A DNA stretch of 13,064 nucleotides from assembly GCA_040904565.1 (NCBI GenBank), contig JBBDTI010000058.1:97236-110299 (forward strand). The letters are read 5' to 3'. The notes below the pieces were generated by a model. That model ran no database searches and was not told the origin of the DNA. It worked only from the letters and a program-made list of their open reading frames with translations. Shown here one piece after another: positions 1 through 7,736 of the stretch. A program made the translations under genes and the position numbers. Source of the stretch: Rhodothermales bacterium. GTDB taxonomy: Bacteria; Bacteroidota; Rhodothermia; Rhodothermales; VXPQ01. The stretch's first letter is position 1. Every line of letters starts with the position of its first letter.

Positions 1-2
1 CG

Positions 3-878
3 GACGTGGATGGGGACGGTGACCTCGATCTGATCCTCGCGGGAGAATGGATGCCGCTGACCCTGTTCGAAAATCGGGACGGGGAGCTCGTCCGGCGCAG
101 CGATTTTATCACCGCTTCGATGGAAGACCCCGAAACGGTTGTGGAAGGTGCCGGCGGAGACCCTCCTGACGGCACTGAGGGGTGGTGGAACGCCGTCCAC
201 CTGGCGGACCTGGACGGGGACGGCGACGCAGATCTAATCGCGCTGAATCACGGCCTCAATTCCCGCTTTCGCGCTTCGCCCGAAGAGCCCGTCCATATGT
301 GGGTGGATGATTTCGACGGAAATGGATCGACGGAGCAGATCCTGGCCGTCTACCGCGATGGCGGTCCATATCCGATTGCCCTCCGCCACGATCTGATCGA
401 CCAGCTGCCGTTTCTTGAGGCAAAATATCCCACCTATGCATCATACGCCGGCCGGACGGTCTACGACGTCTTCTCGGAGGAGCAGCTTCAGCGGGCCGTG
501 CACCGCCAGGTCGTACAGCTTCAAAGCGTGGTGGGATGGAACGACGGGAGCGGACGGTTTCGCATCGAGCCGCTTCCACTGGAGGCGCAGCTGGCACCGA
601 TGTACGGCATCGAAACCATCGAGACGGAAAGAGGGCCGCTCGTTTTCGCAGGCGGCAATCTATACGAGGCCAAACCGCAGGTCGGACGTTACGACGCCAG
701 CTATGGAGCTGTGTTGCGGGCGGATTCGGCCGGATTGCGGTCGGTTTCTTTCGCGCAGAGTGGGTTCGTGGTGACAGGTCCGATTCGACGGCTTGCCACG
801 ATCGTTTCCGGTGATCGCCGGCTCCTTTTGGTCGGGAGAAACGACGATACCCTGAAGGTATACGCGTATGATGATTGA
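3..878 (+). CDS. FG-GAP/VCBS-repeat (CRTAC1/ASPIC-UnbV-type) protein, C-terminal part; 5'-truncated by the window edge
   Basis: The frame is open from position 3 (DVDGDGDLDL). It has repeated DxDGDG Ca-binding FG-GAP motifs. GEWMP, GWW, LxDQLP and GRYDA motifs are collinear with the C-terminal ~290 aa of the next gene. Confidence 0.9.
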   Translation, partial: DVDGDGDLDLILAGEWMPLTLFENRDGELVRRSDFITASMEDPETVVEGAGGDPPDGTEGWWNAVHLADLDGDGDADLIALNHGLNSRFRASPEEPVHMWVDDFDGNGSTEQILAVYRDGGPYPIALRHDLIDQLPFLEAKYPTYASYAGRTVYDVFSEEQLQRAVHRQVVQLQSVVGWNDGSGRFRIEPLPLEAQLAPMYGIETIETERGPLVFAGGNLYEAKPQVGRYDASYGAVLRADSAGLRSVSFAQSGFVVTGPIRRLATIVSGDRRLLLVGRNDDTLKVYAYDD

Positions 879-3800
879 CGCCTACAGGTCGTGCGAGTCG
901 TCGCAGCGCGGGCCGGTGCCTCCAGGCGCCGTTTCCCCAGGGGGCGTGCTCGCGGCCGCCGTTCTCCTGCTCGCCCTCTCAGCCTGTACCGCGCGCGGGC
1001 CGGAGGACCTTCGCCGCTTTACGCTGCTCGATGCGGGCCATACGAACGTGACGTTCTCGAATCGGGTGGCGGATGAGGAGGCGTTCAACATCCTCGAATA
1101 TCTCTATTTCTACGATGGTGGAGGCGTGGCGGTAGGCGACATAAACAACGACGGCCTACCGGATCTTTATTTCACCGCCAATCTGGGCGTCAATCGGCTC
1201 TACGTCAACCGGGGCGACCTGACGTTTGAGGACGTGACGGAGACTGCCGGCGTGGGCGGCCGCGACGATGCATGGTCCACCGGCGTGACCATGGCCGACG
1301 TCAACGGAGACGGATGGCTGGACATCTACGTGTGTCAGGTAAGCTACAAGTCCGTCCACGGGCGCAACCTGCTCTACGTCAACAATCAGGACGGCACGTT
1401 TACGGAAGCCGCGGAGGCGTACGGACTCGATTTCGAGGGGCTGTCAACACAGGCTGCGTTTTTCGATTACGACCGGGACGGAGATCTGGATCTCTACCTG
1501 CTCAATCACGCCGTACATGGCAGGGAATCGTTCGTGGAGGCGTGGCGGCGCATCATCGACGCCCCGCGCGTGGGCGACAGGTTGTATCGAAATGACGGTG
1601 GGCGCTTCACGAACGTGACGAGCGAAGCCGGCATCTACAGCAGCGCGCTCGGCTATGGCCTTGGCGTGGCCATCAGCGACGTGAATCGAGACGGCTGGCC
1701 GGACATCTACGTCGGCAACGATTTTCATGAGAACGATTATCTCTACCTCAACAACGGAGACGGTACCTTCTCGGAAGACCTCCGGCGCGCGATCGGCCAC
1801 ACGAGCCGCTCGTCCATGGGTAATGACGCGGCCGACATTAACAACGATGGGCTCATCGACATCGTCTCCCTCGATATGCTGCCGGAAGATCTGGCGACGT
1901 ATCGCCGCTCGGGCGGGCCGGATCCGAAAGACCTCGTGCGCATCAAGACGAGCTACGGCTACGCACCGCAGTATGCCCGCAACACCCTGCAGCTCCACCG
2001 CGGGCTCGGCCCGGACGGGCTTCCGCGCTTCAGCGAAATCGGACGCTTCGCGGGCATCCACGCGACGGACTGGAGCTGGTCGGCGCTGCTGGCGGACCTG
2101 GACAACGACGGGTGGAAAGATCTCTACGTGACGAACGGCATCCTCCGGCGTCCCAATGACCTGGATTACGTCGCGCATGTCTCTCGTCCCGATGTGCAGG
2201 ACGTTCTGAGGGAAGGTGCGTTCGAGGATCAGCTCGAAGTCATCCGGCGGATGCCCTCGGTCCCGATCCCCAACTACGCATACCGCAACAACGCCGATCT
2301 GACATTTACGGACCGGGCGTCCGACTGGGGACTCGCCGACGCTGGATTTTCTAACGGGGCGGCGTATGGGGATCTGGACGGCGACGGAGATCTGGAACTC
2401 GTCGTCAATAATATCAATGGACCTGCCTCCATCTACCGCAACAACACGGACTCGCTCGACGCGTCCCGATACCTGAGCGTGAAGTTGGAGGGGGACGGGA
2501 TGAATACGACCGGTAATGGGGCGTCCGTCTCGATCTACGCCGGCGAGATGCACTTTTTTCAGGAGCAGTACCCGACGCGCGGATTCCAGTCGTCCGTATC
2601 CCACGTCCTGCATTTCGGACTGGGCGCGGCCGAGATGGTGGATTCCCTGCTCGTCGTCTGGCCCGACGGACGCTACCAGCGGCTCGACTCGGTCGACACC
2701 GGGCGTCGCCTCGCGCTGCGGCAGAGCGATGCGACGGGAAGCTATGCTTTCGACGACGGTGCGTACGAATCCCCGTTGTTTGCCGACGTAACCGACCTGC
2801 TGGGCGTCGATTTCGTTCACCGGGAGAATGAGTATCTGGATTTCGAGGCGCAGCCGCTGATGCCTCACCGGCTGTCTACGCAGGGGCCCGCTCTGGCCGT
2901 CGGCGATGCGAACGGAAACGGACTCGACGACCTCTACGTGGGTGGCGCGCGTGGACAGTCCGCGAGGCTCTACCTCCAGCAGGTCGATGGCACGTTGCAG
3001 GCCACGGCTTCTCCGTTTGACCGCGATAGGGCGCACGAGGATGTGGATGCTGCTTTCGTCGACGTGGACGGCGACGGTGATCTCGATCTGTACGTCGTCA
3101 GCGGAGGTGGGGAGCATGCACCCGGACACGAGCTGCTCCAGGACCGACTCTACCTGAACGACGGCCGGGGTACCTTCGCACGGGCGGAGGGGGCGCTGCC
3201 GGAGGTACGGGCGGACGGCTGCTGCGTGGCAGCGGGAGACTTCGATGAAGACGGTGACGTGGATCTCTTCGTCGGAAGTCGATCGGTTCCCGGTTCGTAC
3301 GGCAGGTCGCCGCAGAGCTATCTCCTCGAGAATGACGGGACAGGCCGATTCCACGACGTGACCGCGGAGCGTGCGCCGAGCCTGCACCGCGCGGGCATGA
3401 TAACCGATGCCGTGTGGGCGGATATGGATGGAAGCGGGCGCAAAGATCTCGTACTGGTAGGCGAATGGATGCCTGTGACCGTGCTTCGAAACACCCTGCT
3501 TCAGGATGAAGGAGCGCGGCTTGTCGACGCTACGAACGAGTTCGGACTCGCCGAATCGACGGGGTGGTGGAGAAGTGTCGCGGCCGCAGATCTCAATGGA
3601 GACGGGAGGATGGATCTGGTCGCCGGCAATCTGGGCACCAACACGGTACTTCGCGCCTCGAAGGAGCAGCCGCTAACGTTGTACGTGGATGACGTCGACG
3701 GGAACGGTACGTCCGATCCCATCATCGTCGAGTACAGAGAGGGGAGGCCTTATATGTGGGCGCGGAGGGACGAGCTGCTCGATCAGCTTCCCGATTTCCA

Positions 3801-4275
3801 GAAGAAGATACCAACGTATTCATCCTATTCGGATGCCGCGCTGGAAGATCTCGTCGATCCGGAGTTGCTGCGAGAAGCCGGGCAAGAGTACGTGCGGACG
3901 TTCCGATCGTCCGTCTTTCAACAACGAGAAGGTGAGGGCTTCGTCCGGCGTGACCTTCCAGACGTCGTGCAGTGGTCGCCCGTGATGGATGTGCTGGTTC
4001 TCGACATCGACGGTGATGGAGAGATGGATCTGATGACGGCGGACAACTTCTTCGGGGCAGACGATAAGCAGGGACGCTACGATGCCGGGTACGGGACGGT
4101 GCTGCTCGGAGACGGGCGGGGCGGATATGAGGCGGTTTCCCTCGGTCGCAGCGGCTTCCTCGTGGAAGGCGAGGCACGAAAACTGGCCTTGCTGCAGGGT
4201 CCGGAGGGGGGACGAGCGGTCGCTGTCGCCCGTAATGACGCCCCGTTACAGGTCTATCGGTTGTTGCTGGATTAA
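868..4275 (+). CDS. FG-GAP/VCBS-repeat lipoprotein with central ASPIC/UnbV domain (CRTAC1-like), ~1135 aa
   Basis: Many DxN/DxDGxxDL repeats. Central 'RGFQSSVSHVLHFGLG...VVWPDG' is a typical ASPIC/UnbV signature. A hydrophobic stretch ends in the lipobox LALSA-C40. The ATGATG start (868/871) overlaps the end of the upstream gene (stop at 876-878). Confidence 0.9.
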   Translation: MMIDAYRSCESSQRGPVPPGAVSPGGVLAAAVLLLALSACTARGPEDLRRFTLLDAGHTNVTFSNRVADEEAFNILEYLYFYDGGGVAVGDINNDGLPDLYFTANLGVNRLYVNRGDLTFEDVTETAGVGGRDDAWSTGVTMADVNGDGWLDIYVCQVSYKSVHGRNLLYVNNQDGTFTEAAEAYGLDFEGLSTQAAFFDYDRDGDLDLYLLNHAVHGRESFVEAWRRIIDAPRVGDRLYRNDGGRFTNVTSEAGIYSSALGYGLGVAISDVNRDGWPDIYVGNDFHENDYLYLNNGDGTFSEDLRRAIGHTSRSSMGNDAADINNDGLIDIVSLDMLPEDLATYRRSGGPDPKDLVRIKTSYGYAPQYARNTLQLHRGLGPDGLPRFSEIGRFAGIHATDWSWSALLADLDNDGWKDLYVTNGILRRPNDLDYVAHVSRPDVQDVLREGAFEDQLEVIRRMPSVPIPNYAYRNNADLTFTDRASDWGLADAGFSNGAAYGDLDGDGDLELVVNNINGPASIYRNNTDSLDASRYLSVKLEGDGMNTTGNGASVSIYAGEMHFFQEQYPTRGFQSSVSHVLHFGLGAAEMVDSLLVVWPDGRYQRLDSVDTGRRLALRQSDATGSYAFDDGAYESPLFADVTDLLGVDFVHRENEYLDFEAQPLMPHRLSTQGPALAVGDANGNGLDDLYVGGARGQSARLYLQQVDGTLQATASPFDRDRAHEDVDAAFVDVDGDGDLDLYVVSGGGEHAPGHELLQDRLYLNDGRGTFARAEGALPEVRADGCCVAAGDFDEDGDVDLFVGSRSVPGSYGRSPQSYLLENDGTGRFHDVTAERAPSLHRAGMITDAVWADMDGSGRKDLVLVGEWMPVTVLRNTLLQDEGARLVDATNEFGLAESTGWWRSVAAADLNGDGRMDLVAGNLGTNTVLRASKEQPLTLYVDDVDGNGTSDPIIVEYREGRPYMWARRDELLDQLPDFQKKIPTYSSYSDAALEDLVDPELLREAGQEYVRTFRSSVFQQREGEGFVRRDLPDVVQWSPVMDVLVLDIDGDGEMDLMTADNFFGADDKQGRYDAGYGTVLLGDGRGGYEAVSLGRSGFLVEGEARKLALLQGPEGGRAVAVARNDAPLQVYRLLLD

Positions 4276-4363
4276 CGGCGGATGTCGTTGGCCCGCCGCA
4301 ATGCCGCCTCGCATCACGATCCGGGCGATGTCACTCTCGTATCGCCATGGTGGCAAAGGCATT

Positions 4364-4419
4364 GTCGCTACGCCATCGTCGCTACGTCATCGCCTCAACG
4401 CCATCGTCGCAATAGCTTC
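4364..4419. repeat. Four degenerate 14-bp tandem units spanning the GT4 stop codon
   Basis: gtcgctacgccatc / gtcgctacgtcatc / gcctcaacgccatc / gtcgcaatagcttc at 4364, 4378, 4392 and 4406. Confidence 0.6.
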
Positions 4420-5697
4420 GTCATAGTAGTTCGATATATTCTGTAGGGTTTGCGACCAGTCATACGACGCTGCGGCCGCACGAGCACGTCGGCCCATGGT
4501 CTCTCGGAGCGCGCGGTCGCGCACCAGACGCCGTGTGCGATCGTAGAACGCATCCGCATCACGCGGCGGAGCCACGAGCCCCGTCCTCCCGTCGGCGACG
4601 TGCGAGCCGGCGCCGGTCCCCGCGGCGCAGACGACTGGGAGTCCGGATGCCATGGCCTCTACGATCACGTTGCCGAAGGCTTCGCTGTCGCTAGGGAAGA
4701 GGAATATGTCGGATGAGGCATAAGCGGTGGACAGGGCGTCGCCGTCGAGGTGCCCGGTAAAGATCGTTTCGGTAAGGCGTTTCCGGAGCGATTCGCGAAG
4801 CGGCCCATCGCCGACGATGAGACTCCGGACGTTCGAACCATCGCGGTGCAGCCGCTCTATGACGGACGCCGCAACGTCGAGCCCCTTTTCCCGGACGAGC
4901 CGCCCTACGTAGCTCACGACCACGTCGTCCGGCGCGAATCCGTGCCGAGACCGCCATGCGGCAGAACGGCAGGACGGATGGAAGCGCTCGCAGTCGACAC
5001 CGCGACTCCACAGGCGGATCGGTTCGACGATGCCGTGGCGGTTCAGATCGGAAGCCGTCTCCGTCGTGGGAACGTAAAGATGAACGCACCGGCCGTAGAA
5101 CCACTTCAGGTACGCATAAAGCGGACGTTCCATCCAGGCGAAATGGTAGTAACGAAGGTACGTGGGGAAGTGCGTATGGTACGTGGCCACAAGCGGAACG
5201 CCCCGGGCATTCGCCCACGTCATCGCAGCGATCCCGAGTAGATCCGGCGTGGCCACGTGGACGAGGTCGGGGGCAAATCGATCCAGGCGCCGCCGTGCTC
5301 GCCTCGGAAGGCCGAGAGAGAACCGATACTCGGGTCGACCAGGTACCGGAAGAGAGGGCAGCGCTGTAAAGGCGCGGTCCCTTCCGGCAGGCAGAGGCCC
5401 ATCGGGAGCAAACACGTGAAGCTGGTCTCCGCGAGACTCCAGAAAGGTTACCAGGCGTCCCAGCGTGCGGGAGACGCCGTCGGTTACCGTAACGAAATTA
5501 CCGGTAAATAGAGCGATGCGTCGGCCGGACGACGGCGAACGCAGTGGCTGCATCGACACGGGGCCACTGTCGGCCGTACGTATCTTCCGGGACGATGGCG
5601 CGCGTAAAAGGGTCTCCGGTTGCTCGACGGCCGAATCCAGGTTCAAACCGGACAAGGCCGGCGAGGGACGTCCCTCGCCATGTGTTCTGAATGTCAT
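4387..5697 (-). CDS. Glycosyltransferase family 4 (GT-B fold; PimB/MgtA- or SqdX-like subgroup)
   Basis: N-domain 'IALFT...DGVSRTL', 'TYHTHFPTYLRYY' and 'WSRGVD..RFHP'. C-domain 'VGRLVREKG' and the EX7E motif 'EAFGNVIVE'. ATG 5697 has AGGAGG 5 nt upstream; an alternative ATG at 5553 lies nearer the recognisable domain. Substrate cannot be assigned. Confidence 0.9.
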   Translation of the reverse strand: MTFRTHGEGRPSPALSGLNLDSAVEQPETLLRAPSSRKIRTADSGPVSMQPLRSPSSGRRIALFTGNFVTVTDGVSRTLGRLVTFLESRGDQLHVFAPDGPLPAGRDRAFTALPSLPVPGRPEYRFSLGLPRRARRRLDRFAPDLVHVATPDLLGIAAMTWANARGVPLVATYHTHFPTYLRYYHFAWMERPLYAYLKWFYGRCVHLYVPTTETASDLNRHGIVEPIRLWSRGVDCERFHPSCRSAAWRSRHGFAPDDVVVSYVGRLVREKGLDVAASVIERLHRDGSNVRSLIVGDGPLRESLRKRLTETIFTGHLDGDALSTAYASSDIFLFPSDSEAFGNVIVEAMASGLPVVCAAGTGAGSHVADGRTGLVAPPRDADAFYDRTRRLVRDRALRETMGRRARAAAASYDWSQTLQNISNYYDEAIATMALRR

Positions 5698-5700
5698 ACT

Positions 5701-5772
5701 TCCCTCCTGTAGGAATGATGGAATGTGCTCTGGGGCCGCAGGCGCGGACTTTCAGCACATTCTCAGGAGAGA
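5701..5772 (-). promoter_or_regulatory. Predicted nested stem-loop sequestering the GT4 Shine-Dalgarno
   Basis: On the minus-strand RNA, UCUCUCCUG (5772-5764) pairs with CAGGAGGGA (5709-5701), giving 8 Watson-Crick pairs plus 1 G-U. It encloses a perfect 9-bp inverted repeat, gaatgtgct (5721-5729) / agcacattc (5754-5762). Confidence 0.5.
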
Positions 5773-6125
5773 TACACGCAGAGGACCGAAAGGGGATGGG
5801 AAAAGGGGAGGCGATCCGAATCCGACCCCAAAGCGGTGATCGGTCGGCGGCTTGGCGCCGGTACCGACAGCGGCATGTGGAGATGCTCGATGGCCAGAAG
5901 CACGTCGGTACGGCGGTCTCCCACAATCACTGGTTGGAGTACCGGCGCATCGGGAAATAGATCGTCGCGCTCCTCCGCCGGCGGATCGACGCACATTTCG
6001 TAAAACGATGCGGGAGCGTCCGTCCCCGTTGTGCCGGTGCATACGGCCCGCTCAACGCCACCTTCCGGCAAGAGCAATACGCTCGCCAGGAGCATTAGGG
6101 CGATATGCAGTCCTCGTCGCATCAT
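5763..6125 (-). CDS. Hypothetical 120-aa protein with N-terminal signal/TM segment; candidate regulatory leader ORF
   Basis: MRRG plus a hydrophobic core (LHIALMLLASVLLLP), a Pro/acidic linker and a hydrophobic C-terminus (PLSVLCVYLS). It fills the gap between the GT4 gene and the divergent AT-richer spacer. RBS is weak. Confidence 0.55.
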   Translation of the reverse strand: MMRRGLHIALMLLASVLLLPEGGVERAVCTGTTGTDAPASFYEMCVDPPAEERDDLFPDAPVLQPVIVGDRRTDVLLAIEHLHMPLSVPAPSRRPITALGSDSDRLPFSHPLSVLCVYLS

Positions 6126-6178
6126 ATACTAAATACTCTCATTTCCGCCCTTGCGTTTCGTGTTACCTGCGTGCCGTC

Positions 6179-6207
6179 TTGTGCCCACGTCGTTCGCTTT
6201 GTATTGT
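6179..6207 (+). promoter_or_regulatory. Possible sigma70-type promoter for the DyP module
   Basis: TTGTGC (6179-6184), a 17-nt spacer and TATTGT (6202-6207), in a locally AT-richer divergent intergenic region. A second -10-like TACAAT lies at 6217-6222. Confidence 0.25.
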
Positions 6208-6254
6208 TACGTCATGTACAATGGAACGCGGCTAGCGCGAGGTTGGATCGGAAC

Positions 6255-7625
6255 ATGGCGAAGGCAGGCTACCAGAACGGGTTGACGATCGTCACGCCCA
6301 TCTCGGAGGGGAGAATGGATGCCCTCCGGGATACGCTGCAAGTGATCGAGGATGACGTAGAGGAGAACGACCTCGTTCCGCTCTCGAGCTGCGAACGCAT
6401 TCACTTCGCCCGCTGGATCATTTTGGAAGCGTCGACGGACGCCACGGGCCGTCCGACGCCGGCTGTGCTCATTTTCTCGACCAACTTCGACGCACCGCTA
6501 GCGGCGCATCTCGACGAGCTGTACGAGCACGGCGCGTCGGGTCTCGACCGGATTTACAGCTGCTGTGACGGCTATCCGGGGCCGCATGAGCGTACGAAAA
6601 CGCGCGTACTTCAGTATCTGCGCGATCGCGAGGCCGGGTACAACACGCTCTACGTCGGCACGCGTGGATTGACCGTGCCGCGGATCCGGCGCGAGGCGGA
6701 GCTGCGCGACGCGATTGAAGGTTTTCTCGACGATCGGATCACGCAGCCGGATTTTCTGGAGCAGCAACCGGGTGCTATTCGCGAGGCGATCCGCGCGTTT
6801 GTGCAGGGACGGGACGATCTACGCTGGGCGATGGAAGCACCCCCCGAGCCGCGTCGTTTCTGGCCGACGTCGAAGGATGCCTGGATAGCGATCGCGGTGC
6901 TTGTCGTGGTGGGCGCGCCCATCGGTTTCGGTATCGCGACGTCGCCGTCGACCGGATGGGCCACGTTCGGTGCACTCCTGGGGGTGGTCGCGGTCGTACT
7001 TGCAGCAGGGGCTGCCGTGCTGCGCTACAAGGAGAAAAGGGACCGCCAGGATCCGGCAACGACGAACTTCGAACACGTCGCCAGCTTGCTGGAGCGTGAA
7101 GACGTCCGCTCTGAAGGCCGCCCCATCGTCCAAAACCAGATGAGCAGCGTCACGAATATCAAAATCGGCTGGTTTCGGCGTACGCTCCTCCGCGGGGTCC
7201 TGGCGGCGATCGATGTGGCTGGGCGCTATATTTATACAAAAGGAAAACTCGGCTCCATTCCGTCGATCCATTTTGCCCGATGGGTCGTCATCGATGGCGG
7301 CCGCCGGCTCCTCTTCTTCAGTAATTTCGACGGAAGCTGGGAAAATTACCTCGGTGATTTCATCGATAAGGCCGCCAGCGGGTTGACGGCCGTGTGGAGC
7401 AATACGGACGGCTTTCCGCGCTCGCGCTGGCTGGTGGGAGACGGCGCTACGGACGAGCAGCGCTTCAAGGCCTATGCACGCAACAGCCAGACGATCACCG
7501 AAGTGTGGTACAGCGCCTACAAATATCTATCGGTTCAGAATATCAACAATAACGCGCAGCTCCGTGCCGGGCTCGTCGGTTCGCAGACGGAGGAAGACAC
7601 GGCGGCGTGGCTGCGGCGATTCTAG
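6255..7625 (+). CDS. Uncharacterised DyP-associated membrane protein with two homologous IHFARW domains flanking a 2-TM hairpin (~456 aa)
   Basis: Internal duplication: QNGLT..IHFARW..LIFSTNFD..GLDRIYS..GYP versus QNQMS..IHFARW..LLFFSNFD..GLTAVWS..GFP. Two hydrophobic helices at ~6879-7022. ATG 6255 (GGA upstream) is preferred over 6105 because domain 1 starts right after it and 6105 overlaps the divergent ORF. Confidence 0.85.
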   Translation: MAKAGYQNGLTIVTPISEGRMDALRDTLQVIEDDVEENDLVPLSSCERIHFARWIILEASTDATGRPTPAVLIFSTNFDAPLAAHLDELYEHGASGLDRIYSCCDGYPGPHERTKTRVLQYLRDREAGYNTLYVGTRGLTVPRIRREAELRDAIEGFLDDRITQPDFLEQQPGAIREAIRAFVQGRDDLRWAMEAPPEPRRFWPTSKDAWIAIAVLVVVGAPIGFGIATSPSTGWATFGALLGVVAVVLAAGAAVLRYKEKRDRQDPATTNFEHVASLLEREDVRSEGRPIVQNQMSSVTNIKIGWFRRTLLRGVLAAIDVAGRYIYTKGKLGSIPSIHFARWVVIDGGRRLLFFSNFDGSWENYLGDFIDKAASGLTAVWSNTDGFPRSRWLVGDGATDEQRFKAYARNSQTITEVWYSAYKYLSVQNINNNAQLRAGLVGSQTEEDTAAWLRRF

Positions 7626-7736
7626 CGGGTGCGGTCGTGCGGCACCTCTTCGTCGCCGATATCGTCTGCGATGCCGATCCCTGCCGAAAGGCTAATTGCC
7701 GGCAGCAACGTGAAGCCGGTAGCAATATGAACACGA

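Noticed and set aside
1444-3387. 647-aa antisense ORF inside the FG-GAP gene
   Set aside because: It lies entirely opposite a well-supported gene and has no recognisable motifs. It is a typical shadow ORF from GC-rich codon bias.
6105-6254. Longer start (6105) for the duplicated-domain protein
   Set aside because: It overlaps the divergent ORF start, crosses the AT-richer promoter-like spacer, and precedes the repeat-defined domain start.
7626-7736. Small hairpins between the first two DyP-module genes (gcc-gaaa-ggc; tgccggc/gccggta)
   Set aside because: The stems are short, have no U-tract, and are expected by chance at this GC content.
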